Below the pieces are notes generated by a model. The model saw only the letters and a list, made by a program, of their open reading frames with translations. It made no database searches and had not been told where the DNA came from. Positions 42,373 through 56,981 of a DNA stretch of 64,000 nucleotides are shown here, one piece after another. The position numbers and the translations under genes were made by a program. How positions within the stretch are numbered: the first letter of the stretch is position 1; every line of letters starts with the position of its first letter. The DNA comes from Eledone cirrhosa (taxonomy: Eukaryota). The stretch covers positions 186,868,001 to 186,932,000 of the forward strand of contig OZ024741.1 in the NCBI GenBank assembly GCA_964016885.1. Direction: 5' to 3'.

Positions 42373-43221
42373 TGTTGGAGACGCAGGATATGGCAGCGAT
42401 AATGAGGGACAGAGACCCCTGGAGAGAACTCGTCCATGGATCTCAGGAATTTTACCCGCCCTAGAATATATATATATATATATTATATTACTGCCCAGCA
42501 GAAACGATCGTGAAATAATGAGTTTTACTCTGAATTAACCGTTTTTGGTTTAATTTCATTTTTTACTATTTGTATATATATATATATAGTAATAATAATA
42601 AATTTGAAGACTAAAATCCAAAGAGGGCTCGATAAGGATAAATATATATCAAATATATAAGAACCGTAGAGCAAATATTTATTAAAATAACAGATTAAAG
42701 TTTAAGCAAAGAATCGCTGCTTTCACCCTTAACGGGCCAAGAACATATTTGCCAGTAAAATTAAGAAATGTCTTCAGGAAAAACTCGCCAACGCCAACAA
42801 TCTAAGACGGTAAAAGTTGTCCCGATTTCTTGGCTTGGTGGTTAAATGCGCCTAGCCGCTATCTGGGTGATATGAATTTTGATTCATCATAGGGGCCTAT
42901 GGTAACTTCATTTTCCGTATTTTAAGTATCTTCACCCTATTTTATAAGCCATTTTATAGCACCTGCGCACATCATTCTTTATGTTTAATATATCTCGTTA
43001 TGGTTTTGTAATAGTCTGACAGATCGGCTGCGTATACAATATCTATAAACATACATACAAACATACATACATTTATACATACATACACGCAGAAAACTTA
43101 AAAAAAATAAACGACATGGGATTATAGTAGACACGGTTGAAGTAGTTTGACAAAAGGGTACCCTACACACACGCACAAACACACGCACGCACACACACAC
43201 ACACGCACGTACACACGCACG

Positions 43222-43379
<158 letters not shown>

Positions 43380-43987
43380 ATATAACGCATATATCTGGTC
43401 GTTTGCATGTGTGCATATGGACAGTTTAACAAATGTAAATATGCATAACTGTCTATGAAATCTTTTGTTATATCATGTACTTACTTGATACGGTAAACCG
43501 TGTCAAGTGGTGAAGCGGGAGAAGGAAAAGGGTGACGGGTATGACAGGGAAAAAGAGAAAGTACGTATCAGAGAGAGAGAGAGAGAGAGAGAGAGTGGGG
43601 GGGAGTCTGTGTGAGAGAAGGGGTAGAGTGTATGAGTGGTAAAGTAAGTGTGAGATTAACAACGAATGTGAGAAAGTGAGGGAGACAAAAATGAAGGAAA
43701 CCACTAAAGAGAAAAAACAAAAACAGTTGATGAAATGAGCAAATACGAACGCATGCGCTCTCTTGTCATAGACGGCAATATTTCATCACAGCTAAAAATA
43801 GATTCAATCCGAACGCTAGGTACGCGTTTCCTTTTCAGTGAAAGTCTAGATTATTTTATTAATCTTAATAGATGGCAAAAAAGTGTTTTCCTTTTTCCAC
43901 ACCCATTAATCATTATAACGACAAATATTATGTCTATAAATATGTTTTGTTTATTCTTTGTGTCGATTATTATTATCTACTACTACT

Positions 43988-44031
<44 letters not shown>

Positions 44032-44036
44032 TTATG

Positions 44037-44088
<52 letters not shown>

Positions 44089-44136
44089 TATATATAGAAA
44101 TATATTTATATATATGTATACATATATTTATATATC

Positions 44137-44904
44137 GAATAGAATGAAACGAAATTTCATTTCTCACTCTTAGTACGGCACTTACTTAAATGTAAGTATG
44201 TATGTATACGTACATACATATATGTATACAGACGTACAGTAATATGTATATATATACATACATGCAGACATATATATATATGCACGTATCGGTTTACCGA
44301 ACATTTATTATAATTGTTTCTACTTTAGGCACAAGGCCAGCAATTACCCAGTGCATTACTGGTACTTTATTTTATCGACCCCGTAAGGATGAGCGGCAAA
44401 GTCAACCTCGGCGGGATTTGAACTCAGATCGTAAAGGGACGTAACTATGCTGGAAAGCATGGCGTCCGACCCTCTACCGAATGCTCGGTTGTTCGTTTCA
44501 TTCTATTCCATTTATCGTTTTCGGTGTGCCCGCCCGCCTGAACTCACTCCATATGAAAATTAGGCTGCTCAGCCGTTAATATGCATAAGGAAAGTATATA
44601 CTTTCAGACGTTCCACCATCTGGCAGGAAGGTATACGATGCTGACAATAGCTAATAAACTTGAAACTAGTACATCGTACCTGTGTCAGTGTTGAAAAAAA
44701 AGGTGACGTGGTTGCCTAAACACTGTACTGCGTAATTCTGGCTGTTTGTTTGTTTACAAACAAACAAACCGAGCATTATAATAAATGTTCGATAAATCGA
44801 TACGTGCATATATATATGTGTGCATGTATGTATATATATACATACTACTGTACGTCTGTATACATATATGTATGTACATATACATACATACATACTTACA
44901 TTTA
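44137..44904 (+). mobile_element. Retrozyme-like HHR element, copy 2 (~445-nt monomer), interrupted by a SINE
   Basis: Homologous to 33653-34266; HHR at 44634-44678 (tacgatg-CTGACAA...GAAAC-ta-GTA-catcgta); 17-nt redundancy 44492-44508 = revcomp of 44137-44153. Confidence 0.7.
44310..44480 (-). mobile_element. tRNA-derived SINE family 1 nested in the retrozyme-like element
   Basis: Reverse-complement match to family 1. Confidence 0.88.
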
Positions 44905-44990
44905 TATTTATATACATATGTGTGTACATATACCTCGTCTTTGTTATTATTTTCATTGTTAAATTAACACATATATATATATATATATTC

Positions 44991-45094
<104 letters not shown>

Positions 45095-45279
45095 CGTGTG
45101 TGTGTGAGTGTGTGTGTCAGAGAGTGTGGGATATTAGATAAATATAGATATATCCGTATATCATTTTTTTTTTTTTTTCAAAACAAAGAAACTTGAACTA
45201 TTTTTACTGGACTAGACGGGATTGGCACGCGTCTTTGTCACAAAGTGATAAGGAAATAACAAGGGTAATAAAAATGATT

Positions 45280-45396
45280 TCTGATTTAGGCACAAGGCCA
45301 ATAAATTTTGGGGAGGGGAAAGTCAATTTAATTGTTACTGATACTTTATTTTATCGACACCGCAAGGATGAAAGGCAAAGCAAACCTTAGCGGGAT
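45280..45396 (-). mobile_element. Truncated SINE family 1 variant
   Basis: ggcacaaggcca...tactttattttatcgac...ggatgaaaggcaaag. Confidence 0.7.
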
Positions 45397-46970
45397 TTAA
45401 TAATAATAATGTTTTCTTTATTAGCCACAAGGTTTGATACAGAGCATAACATTAAGGACAGCACAAGACGGTATAAATTGGCATTTCTGTGTGTATAAAT
45501 AAAAATAGGAAACAAAAACATAGGATGTAGCAAAAAAAAAAGAAACAAAGGAAAATTCCCCAGTAGCAGGGTCACTCGCGGAGAAAGCCTACAAAAAAGC
45601 CACGGTGACCAGGATCACTCGGGTGAGTCCCTTCTCCCAGTTTTCCACCTCCAGTCTACAGGCGCATATTCAGAGCAGCTCCATTCAATCGGGCCATGTT
45701 TGCCTCTCTCACCCATTTTCAACAATTTCCCTTTTGAAAGGAAATTTGAAAAAGTTAATCAGGGCTCCACAGAAGAGGTAAGTGCTCGTCTTCAGCCCTT
45801 TCAAACGTGTCTGCCATACGACTTATTTCGCCATGGCCACCAGGCAGATGAAAACTTCCTGCTCATCCCCTATCGGTCGGAAGGCGGCGGGACAATCTTC
45901 ACGGTGGACTCAGCTGATAGCCGGATCCGTACTACACGCGAAAGCAGGTTTTCGACATGAACCCACAAGTCATCAATGCTCGGACACTGGACAAGTGGGT
46001 GCAGGATAGTTTGGTCGGCCTGCGCGCATCTCGGAGAGGTCCAGCTGACGGCACTTCCATGCCTGTAAAGTAATCCCAAACTGGCAAAGCTCCTCGGAAG
46101 CACTGTCAGGCCAGAGTTTCTCTGGGTTGTCCATGGCCCCCGGCCCGAAAGTTCTCCCGAATAGATTGGCTAATTGATTTCCATCGACACCCAGAGTCTC
46201 TCCAAGGACGTCGTCGCTCTTTCCCACCACTAACCGTGTATAGAAAGACAAGGTGGGGTTTCCACCGACCGCAATGTCAAATTAGCTGAGGGCTATGAGC
46301 GCCTGAAGACATTCCAGTCTCTAAGTGCTCCCTCTTGGTCTCCGCTTGACCCAGGTCAGCAGCATCGTCAAGGAGACGAACTGGGGGAAAAAGCGCCTAG
46401 TAAACGGCGACCACACATGATCACCGTCAAAGAAGAGCTAGAGATGCTGTAACCTCAGCGCATGTCTGCACATCATGAGCCATCACATGCCAAACGCTCC
46501 ATGAAGTGGGTGTTCACAGCAGATGGACCCCATGACCATCGAAGTGCGTCCCTTCCACAAAAAGTGAAAGATAAACATCTGCGCTGCAGTCCGGCGACGC
46601 TTAGGGCAAGACACGACGGTCAGGCGGTAGTAGATGACAGACGCGATGTACGCGTTCCCCACCTCCATCCGACTTTTAATAGATAGCCACCTATCGGCCC
46701 ATTTCTGGGTGAGAGAGGCCACCATACTCGACACTTAGTCCCAGTTTTTGTCAGTCTAAAGGTCCAGACCAAACCAGACACCTAGCAATTTAACCGGCCC
46801 ATCCGTCCAGCGCCCGACGTCGCTGTTGGACGGTATGGACCTGCCTCTTCAGGTGGCGAGCCGCAAGCCCACCGACTTTTCCTGGTTAATCATTGCTCCT
46901 GTCACCGCCTCGAATTCTCTTAGAGTAGTGCCGATCGCTTCGATGTGTTTGGCCCTCAACACCACTACAG
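45397..46970 (-). mobile_element. 5'-truncated degenerate L1/Tx1-clade LINE (RT C-terminus + CCHC knuckle, (ATT)n tail)
   Basis: KWADRWLSIKSRMEVGNAYIASVIYYRL...IFHFLWKG; PRC....TILHPLVQCP; 3' aataaagaaaac(att)n at ~45400-45422. Confidence 0.8.
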
Positions 46971-47371
46971 TGTGATAGTGTGTCTACCCAGCCTCTAAAT
47001 ATCAAGTTGCTGTACACATACTGTGTTGTATAAAAGAGACGGGAAGTTATTGGAAAACCTCACACGCGTTTTAAAAATAAGCCCTCAAATAGAATTACTA
47101 CTAGAAGTAAAATATACAAATAGATTCACGAAATAACAATAACATAAGATCTTTTGTGTACCCATATTAGTGCAACCACGTACTACTCCTATCTTACTCA
47201 ATGTTGACTACAATAAATTACAGAACAGTATATATTCATACTGATTTATGTCGTGAGATGACAATAACTCAATAACTAATAGAGCAATCCAAGATAAAGA
47301 TATATATATCTATCTATATAAGATAAGAGGACCCCGACAGCTAGATCCGAACGGATATATATATATATGTA

Positions 47372-47424
<53 letters not shown>

Positions 47425-47481
47425 AAACATGAGAAGAATGAATACTGCGTGGTTGCACATGGGTTACATATGATAAAAATA

Positions 47482-47583
47482 GTCCTTCATCAGTGATTTT
47501 CCAACCTTCATTGGTATTTCATCGCTTTAAAAATCATATACCTCCGGTTGGTGCGAGCAATAGCTAAATTAAGCTATTGGGAC
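47482..47583 (-). ncRNA. Candidate permuted hammerhead copy
   Basis: Minus: gtcc..GGTAT-A-tgatttt..gcga-t-GAAATACC..aaaatca-CTGATGA-a-ggac. Confidence 0.7.
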
Positions 47584-47612
47584 AAGTAAATCGCGTAAAG
47601 CGAGCGAGACAA

Positions 47613-47680
<68 letters not shown>

Positions 47681-47791
47681 GAAAAGTATAGAAATTATTA
47701 TGAGCAAGAAGCACACAGTATTTCATAATATATATAAGTGACTATAGCGTCAAAATGGGAAAATAGTTATCGTAATATATATATACACGTC

Positions 47792-48048
47792 GAAGTAGTT
47801 CCACAGCAGTTAGATCACCTTACCGAGAACGAATGTTTCACATTACGCGGATCCTCAGCTCGGTTTGAATGAAGTTGTAGGGAAGAGGAAAAACAACCGT
47901 ACAACTTCATACAGACCGAGCTGAGGATCCGCGTAAGGTGAAACCTTCGTTCTCGGTATGGTGAACTAATTGCTGTGGAACTACTTCTCCCTAACTCGTC
48001 CCATGGTCTGAGAGTTCTAGTACTACGGATATACCCCCAATGCTAAAC

Positions 48049-48050
<2 letters not shown>
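47792..48050. repeat. Fold-back with two minimal hammerheads (47822-47864 -, 47915-47957 +)
   Basis: accgag-CTGAGGA-tccgcgtaaggt-GAAAC-cttc-GTT-ctcggt; arms 47792-47879/47900-47987; ~60-bp tail. Confidence 0.85.
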
Positions 48051-48104
<54 letters not shown>

Positions 48105-48223
48105 GTTTCGCCTGAAGAAGGGCTTATGCCCAAAACGTCGTTCCCCACCACCACCCCACTCTCAAGAGCGTGAAACTAATAAACCTCTGTTCGTACTGCC
48201 TCTCTGTTTGTTCCCGTTCAATT

Positions 48224-48323
<100 letters not shown>

Positions 48324-49464
48324 TAAAGGGATGTTTAATACGGATAAGCGATATAATAATTCGTGTTAATCATTCTTTTACCTGTTATTAATACTCAAGG
48401 AACTACTAAGCACGGAACTTTCAGGAATCTACACTCCGAAAAACCTAATTCAACATCTTGAGTCAATTAGCACCGCACGCCTGAATATTCCTCGGGACAG
48501 ATTACTTGTAACCTGGCCTTAAATAGTCGTAAACGATATCTCGTTTACTTTGATATATATATGTATATACATTCCAGTAGTAGGGAGTCAATATATATAT
48601 ATCTTCAATACTTATATATATATATATATAAGTATTGAAGTTTCCGTTGAAAATAGAAAAAGTCATAGGAGTGAAGAGTGCTCTATGTAAGTACCAGAGA
48701 AAAATGTAATGTATAATAAACAATACAATATAATTACCTCATTACCAGAGGTTTCCGGAATAAGACGAATACGAAAAACGTCCTCATTCGTTCGTCGGAC
48801 AAGGTAATATAAAACATAGTGAAATATTTGGAAAGTCTCCTCAAGAAATGCAAAAAATATATAAAAAATATAAGGAAATATAGTTAGGGTATGTGTATAT
48901 GTATGTATATACACTCACAAATGTACATATGTGTGTATGTACAAATGCATGTGTATGGTGAAAATGTGTGCGTAAGTACATATATGAGGGCAAGTATATT
49001 TGTGTATATGTGACCACAAATACGTATATAATATGAGTTGAAAAAGATAATATAGTTGACACGCATCCAGATACAGGTATTAAATACACATACGAGTTTG
49101 AAAGCACGCGTATAAACACACACACACGCGCGCGATCACTTATATGCGGAAGATAAAGAGGGAATGGAGTGTAATAGTAAAAAGAAGTGTCATTCTCGAT
49201 ATATGTATAAAAATGAAACAATATATGAGAATGAAAAAAAATTTTAAATCAAAGAGAAAGTAATCAATTAACACTAGAGAAAAGAAAACAAACAGGGTAC
49301 GTACTTACATACACATATATCTATAAAAAAAATATTTATATACACAAATACGTACAGACAAAAGCGCATGCATGCGTAGATACATACACACGAGGCACTT
49401 ATATATATATATCGCCCCATGTATATCTAATCACACGTACATACGCGACTATATATATATATAT

Positions 49465-49498
<34 letters not shown>

Positions 49499-49914
49499 CC
49501 ATACATACATATACATATATACACATATACATACACATTCACATACATTCACCCGCATACACACACACGTAAAAATAAGAATGTAAAATACATAGATATA
49601 AAAACATAGATATAAAAACACACATACACACATATATATACGTACGCACGCACACATACGGAGGCGTTCGTATACATATACAGAGCGTATAACACACATA
49701 AGCACACTCAGACACATAGATACAGAGTATATATCAGCCATATGAATAAATGAGTACAAATATAAAATCGGCTGCGAAACAACAGAATATATCTGGTGTG
49801 GAAAACGCAAGTGATAAATGAAATCAGGTAGTGAAAGAAAATGGGGAAGTAAAATGTGGAATGTGAAGATATTAGGTAAGTGAATCGAAGAGTAGGGGAG
49901 GGGGGTTATATATA

Positions 49915-50200
49915 TTAGTCTTAGACTTAGGTTCTTCCGCGCCGTTTGGAGCATCGAGCAGTAAGTACTCACCAACGGTCACGATAAACGGTGGCTTTTT
50001 CGCATCCGTGCCGAGTGACGTTCGTCGCTAGGTGGCAACCCCGTCCTGGGGCAACCCCGCCTCCGTTTGCCTCCAGGTAGAATCCAGTTCATCGCTGTTT
50101 TAGAGTGTCATTCGTCGGGTAAGTGCAGAATATGTTCAGCCAAGCGGCACCGGATCTCCGCGACCATCCTCTGTAGCGTCCAGCGTCCACGCAGGATTTT
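49915..50200 (-). mobile_element. 3' end of an RTE-like LINE
   Basis: Minus: LAEHILHLPDE..KTAMNWILPGGKRRRGCPR; short tandem tail ctaagtctaagactaa. Confidence 0.7.
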
Positions 50201-50231
50201 CTCGTTTCGCATATATATATATATATATATA

Positions 50232-50282
<51 letters not shown>

Positions 50283-50337
50283 ATACTGCCTCTCTGTTTT
50301 TGTTCCTGTCTAAGATTTAACTACATATATATATATT

Positions 50338-50520
50338 TAATATACAAATGGAATCTACAGGACTAGAACTGTTTCATTCGGGAGAAATCATCAGGGCTTT
50401 CTGCTGATTTCTCCCGAATGAAGCTATTCTAGTCCTGTAGAAGCCATTTCTATATTTAAAGATTATGATCTGCTATGTATTGAGTACCTTACTTACTGTG
50501 GTTATCCACGATTAAACCTC
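50338..50520. repeat. Older, diverged fold-back of the 33144 family
   Basis: ctacaggactagaactgtttcattcgggagaaatcatcagg / ctgctgatttctcccgaatgaagctattctagtcctgtag plus the same tail. Confidence 0.8.
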
Positions 50521-50600
50521 ACACACACACACACTCACATAAATTTATATATAACCTACACATGGAAAAACCTAACCATATACACACACATACACTCATA

Positions 50601-50673
<73 letters not shown>

Positions 50674-51030
50674 GTGTGATTATGCGTCTGTATCTATGTG
50701 TGTGTGCATAACATATGCATATATGAACCTATAAACAATTAGAAACAAACGTTAGTAATCGAATTACTAGTCTGCTGTTCACCAGACTGACAGATGTATA
50801 GTCGGTCACACATCAATAAGTCTATCGTTATATACTTGTACGTAAAGCTTAGACATACTAACCAGCCAAGGAGCCAATACATTGTCGCTTGACCTACTGA
50901 AATAGGGAGTTGATGTATTAGATTATGTCGGCAGATATACGCGCATCAAGAGAGGAAAGTGTATGAGTATAGCAGTCATATGTCTAAATACTCAGGTTAA
51001 ACTCACTACTGAACAACACGTACTATTATT

Positions 51031-51132
51031 GGATTGGCAGTATCGGTGGAGGGTCCGACACCATGCTTAGACGCATAGAGTTACGGCCCTTGCCATTGTT
51101 AACTTTGCTTTCTACCTTGCGGGGTCGATAAA
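51031..51132 (+). mobile_element. Internally deleted SINE family 1
   Basis: ggattggcagtatcggtggagggtc...gcggggtcgataaa. Confidence 0.75.
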
Positions 51133-51170
51133 TATCTATCTATCCATCTCTCCATCTTTCTCTCTCTCTC

Positions 51171-51221
<51 letters not shown>

Positions 51222-51421
51222 AAACGGAATAGAAAATGCTGACAAATTGTTCACAGTTGAAAAATGGTTTAATTAGGAATAAAAGAGTATTAGTGATTGT
51301 ATGGGTTAGTATTCAGTTGTGGTTTTAAGTTTTTAAGTTTTTACCGGTTGCGCATTTCTAAATGCTTTTCAAAAATAACTTTGAGATAGAGTGTCTGTGC
51401 TATTTGCTCTGATCAGAGCAA

Positions 51422-51528
<107 letters not shown>

Positions 51529-51568
51529 TAAATAAAAGTCAAATGATTAAAATTTAGCTTCGTTTATT

Positions 51569-51623
51569 ACTGCTATATATATTTCAGTGACAGCCATCTT
51601 TGGCTGTGACCTCTTCAGGCAGT
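51569..51623 (-). ncRNA. Type I hammerhead
   Basis: Minus: actgc-CTGAAGA-ggtcacagcca-aaga-tggctgtcact-GAAAT-atat-ATA-gcagt. Confidence 0.8.
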
Positions 51624-51822
51624 TTGAATTAGTATGGTATAGACAAGTACATATGTTGTTTAGGTGTATGATATTGTCAATACTCTGATATGCCCAGTTC
51701 TTTGCTGGGTTGTTAATTCACTGGGGAACTGGAGTCATATGAATTCAAACAAACGAATTTTCGTGTCACAGGTCCCCTTCTCCTCTCATTGGTCAGTTAT
51801 TAGTGTTGTCATTGTTGGAGTT

Positions 51823-51977
<155 letters not shown>

Positions 51978-52147
51978 AAAGAATGGAGGTGTAACACACG
52001 AGTTGTGATATATTGGTAAAAGGAAAAGAAAATGCTGACAAATTGTTCCCAGTGAAAAATAGTTTAATTAGGTATAAGTATATATTTTATGTATATATTA
52101 TATTATATTAAATTATATTATATTATATTATATTATATTAAAGGGCG

Positions 52148-52505
52148 GTGGATTGGCAGTATCGGTAGAGGGTCGGACGCCATGCTTTTCAGCAGAGTTA
52201 CGTCCCTTTACGATCTGAGTTCAAATCCAGCCGAGGTTGACTTTGCCTTTCATCCTTACGGGGTCGATAAAATAAAGTACCAGTAATGCACTGGTTAATT
52301 GCTGGCCTTGTGCCTAAAGTAGAAACAATTATATTATAGGGTCGGGACGCCATGCTTTGCAGCAAAGAGTTACAGCCCTTTATAGTCTAAGTTCAAATCC
52401 CGCCGAGGTTAACTTTGCCTTTCATCCTTACGGGGTCGAGAAACTAAAGTACCAGTAATGCACTGGTTAATTGCTGGCCTTGTGCCAAAAAGTAGAAACA
52501 ATTAT
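52148..52505 (+). mobile_element. Two tandem SINE family 1 copies (52148-52332, 52338-52505)
   Basis: A/B boxes in the first; the second is 5'-truncated. Confidence 0.9.
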
Positions 52506-52648
52506 ATTATATTATATTTTATTATATTATTTATATCTTATATTTGTATGTAGCACAAGGATACTTTTGTGCATTAGCACATTTAGCTTTAAGTGATTCT
52601 GATTTTGTTGTGCATGTGTGCACCTTGTGTGTCTGTGTATCTGTCTCT

Positions 52649-52684
<36 letters not shown>

Positions 52685-53342
52685 TTCTCAGTCTCCTCTC
52701 CTCTCTCTCTTTTACCCCCCCCCCCCCATACACACACTTACACACAAAGACTGCATGTGTTTGTGTGTGCGAGAGCACGCGTGTTTAGGTGAATATGTCA
52801 GTTCACAGATTCGTGTAACATGCTGTAACATGTCTGTCTGAATCTGTACAGCAACGGAACAAAACAGATAAAGGAGGATATGATTAGTGTACTATTTAGT
52901 GGTGGAGGTAGAGGTTGTGGTGGTGAAGGTGGAGTTTTTGTTGTTGTTGGTGGTGGTGGTGATGATGGAAGTGGTGTTGGGATTAATAACAGTGTGTTGG
53001 TTTAGCTGTGGTGTTGATGAAGGGGTGAGGTGATGTTGGTTGTGTGAACCCTCAGTGACGAGAATGCAGCTGTGACCTGAGCCTCTTTTGTAAGAACACC
53101 TTAACACTTACACTACACTTACTTGATTTTCAAACCTTGTAAACATACATACGCTCACATGTACATATATACGCACACACACGTAGACATATACGCAGGC
53201 ACTGATGCACTAACGTACGCACACAAACATACACACAGCCACGGATACATACACCCACATATATACATATATATAAAGTTATTTACATAATGACCATTTG
53301 TAAAAATTGGAAAGATAATCGGAAATTTCGTTTTGATACACC

Positions 53343-53411
<69 letters not shown>

Positions 53412-53413
<2 letters not shown>

Positions 53414-54083
53414 CATACGTCAAGACGGGCGGTCAGGAAAGTGAAAGTAATTTTTGACACAGTGAATTTTTTTTTTTTTTTTTACAACAGGTCGCAATAG
53501 TGAAAGTTACAATACACACGCAATTGTATGGATTTCTTAATATATATATATATGTGTGGGTGTGTATATGTGTGTATATATATGTGTGTCTGTATGTATA
53601 TATATATGTGTATTTGTATATATATATGTGTTTGTGTCATCATCATCGTTTAACGTCTATCTTCCACGCAAGCATGGGTTTCTGACCCAAATCCCTTATC
53701 TTTCTCTGTCCTTCTTATGACCCGACCTTAATTTCTTTGGGGACAGAGAGTTGGTACAAACAAGTTTGGCGAGATGTACAAACACATATATACACACAAA
53801 CATATATATACGTCTAAACCCATACTTGCGTGGAAGATAGACGTTAAACGATGATGATGACACAAACACATATATATATACAAACACACATATATATATA
53901 CATAGACACACATATATATACACACATATACACACCCACACATATATATATATTAAGAAATCCATAAAATTGCGTGTGTATCGTAACTTTCATTATTGCG
54001 ACCTGTTGTAAAAAAAAAAAAAAACAATTTCACAGTGTCAAAAATTACTTTCACCTTCCTGACCGCCCGTCTTGACGTATGCC
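53412..54083. mobile_element. MITE of the GGCATACGTC family with ~270-bp inverted arms
   Basis: Arms 53412-53681/53816-54083; TA-rich flanks. Confidence 0.8.
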
Positions 54084-54127
<44 letters not shown>

Positions 54128-54140
54128 GTATGTGTGTGTT

Positions 54141-54172
<32 letters not shown>

Positions 54173-55609
54173 TGTATGTATGTGTGTGTGTGTATACATA
54201 TATGTAACATATATATACAAGTTATATATATATATATATATATATACAAGTTATATACAGGGTGAATCAAAGGAAATGTCCGATTATATTTACAAATGCT
54301 CATTACGTAAATGACTTTATATAAATAGTTTAGCTGGTGCAATGATATATCAATATCTCAATAGAATACTTCGTCGGTTTCTCTATAGATGCTTACAACA
54401 AGAAAGACCTATATTTCCAATTGGGACCGGAATGTATATTATAATGTGTGAAAAATAATGTTTAACTCTTAACATCCTTTGTTATCTTTAAGATATCTCT
54501 ACTTATGAACAGATCATCGGGAAAAAGTGCAGTATTAGAGTAAAGACTTCATAGTTTTAATATAATGTTGTCATAGTGCTGTTTTATGCTTTACGAGAAT
54601 GTCTTTCTAATGTGGTTTCATGCGATATAGGATTTTATGGCTTAATCAATTTAAACTAACATTGATAGTGGTTCTACCACTTATTGTCAAGACTGTAAGA
54701 TGTTAGAAAGTTTGTCGAGAAAATTCTTGTATTCTTTTACTGGTTTTAGACATTTAACTGCAGCCATGTATGGCATCTGCATCAAGGTAATTTTTAAATC
54801 TGGTACAAAATTCAACGATCTATTTGTCAAACTGCTAGGTTACAAACATAAACGTAAATCACAGGCCTGGGGTTGTCACGCATGGAAGTGAACCGTGAAC
54901 TACTTGTTTACAAATCAAATTGCTTAACCACACAGCCACTCCTGCATTTATGCATAATGTTTTTGAAATCACATATTTTCTGAGGACGTGTAAAATCTGC
55001 AAAGGTAATAGCGAAGTGGCTGTTTTAAGAGAGAATATCATTAAAAACTATCCATTTTCTTAAATAATTGACTCCCCTTCTACCAAGAGACTTGTTATCG
55101 ATTATTTTTACCCTCTAAAGGATTATTAATATGTTTGTCTGACTCACGACCGTAATGTCCGGAGTTCGACAGCCTAGAGAAAGACACTTTATTTCCCATT
55201 GCTCCTATCCAACCAGCTGTCAATGAGACATCCTTGTTGTGCCATGTATACTGTTAAATTTCCTTGAGAATTACGTTAAGGGTAACCGTATCTTAGAATC
55301 CTTAGCCCCTGTCCTGTTTAGTTCAGGGGCAAGCTGCTCCATTGATCAACCAACAAGAACATTAGTCGGAGGAACCGATGTAGGTCATGCAATACCTTTA
55401 CTTAAATAATTATAAAACCTTCACTATCGAACGGACTCGAAAACTTAATCATGCTGATGCAATATTATTCAGCTAACAAATCTTAATTACATTTACTATA
55501 TCTTTTTTTTCATTTCAGGAAAATATATATGGCTGGACATCGAATCACAATCTAATCAAAGAAAATAACTGTCCTGGTGAGGCGTCGATTGTATGTATGT
55601 ATATATATA

Positions 55610-56504
55610 AGAGGTGGGTCAGAAAAGTTCCAGGACTGATGTCACAAAAGATTTATTTCAAACCCAAACTTCACACTAAGAGTTTTCTCCTTCAAAGTAA
55701 TCCCCCTGGAGTCTAATGCACTTTTCCATCCTTTTCTGCCATGCTTGCAGGCACTCCTGGAAGGATTCTTCCGGGATCCTCCGCAGTTCCGTCGTCACGT
55801 CATTTTTGCTGTCGTCCACGTCTTCAAAACAGGTCCTCTCCGGGTCGAACTCGAAGATCCATGACTCATCACCGGTGATGACTGTCCCTAGCAAGTCTGG
55901 TTCGGTTTCAAGACGCTCGAGGATGTCCTGGCACACTTGCATGCGTCAACCCTTCTGGTTATCGTTTAGCAGTTTTGGCACCATCTTCGCGCAGACTTTC
56001 CGCATGTCCAAATCTTCACTGAGAATCTTCCAGACGCTGTCCCGATTCATGCCCAACTCATTTTCCATCAGTCGAACAGTCAGCCGACGATCACTACGCA
56101 CCATCTGCCTGACGCGCTCAATGTTGACCTCAGTCCTGATTGTTGACGGCCTTCCGCTCCTGGGGTCATCTTCTACGTCCTCGCGTCCTTCTTTAAACCT
56201 CTTGCACCACTCAAAAACACGTGAGCGTGACATCGTCTCATCTCCATACACTTGCTGCAGCAATCCCAGTGCTTCTGACGGAGTTTTCAAGTTTGTTCGT
56301 TGCTCTGTGCTCATTGCTTGACGACCTGAAACAGAGGGCATGTATATAAAATTATGAAGAAAAAAGTTTGATCGCTGCAGAGAGTTAAGATTACAGTTAC
56401 CTACTCCAGGGGGATTATTTGAAGGAGTAAATTTTTAGTGTGAAGTTTGGGTTTGAAATGAATCTTTTGCAACATCAGTCCTGGAACTTTTCTGACACAT
56501 CTCG
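55610..56504 (-). mobile_element. Internally deleted mariner (Tc1/mariner) transposon
   Basis: ~70-bp TIRs (gtcagaaaagttccaggactgatg...ttcacactaa); TA flanks; transposase remnant. Confidence 0.92.
55676..56341 (-). pseudogene. Mariner transposase pseudogene
   Basis: HTH (VFEWCKRFKEGREDVEDDPRSGRP), KVCAKMVPKLL, frameshift, ITGDESWIFEFDPE fused to C-terminal WQKRMEKCIRLQGDYFE; most of the DDD domain is deleted. Confidence 0.9.
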
Positions 56505-56538
56505 TATATGTACATATATATATATATATATATATATA

Positions 56539-56935
56539 GTTATGTAATAAATAACAGAAGGCATTTATTTCATTTACCAGTGGTTTCTTAAAAGCAAAAA
56601 AATCTTGCTTTCAATCATCAGAACGAAAAAATCCTGGTGTATTAATTGACGTTGCATTTTAAAAACATAAATGCAATCTATATGAAAGTGAGGCTGGAAA
56701 AGGAAGAAGGAAAGGAAAAATAAAATAAAAACACACATGCAAACACACACACACACAATTATATACATACACACATATATATATATATACATACACACAT
56801 ACATACACACACTCATATACACACACGCACACACACACATATATATGTGTATATATATACATACACATACATATAGACATACATACATACACATAAATAT
56901 CAACATATCCATACATACACATACATATATACAAC

Positions 56936-56981
<46 letters not shown>

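Noticed and set aside
48108-48145. CTGAAGA-agggcttatgccc-AAAAC hammerhead
   Set aside because: G12 is lost and the upstream stem I is truncated; at best a dead remnant.
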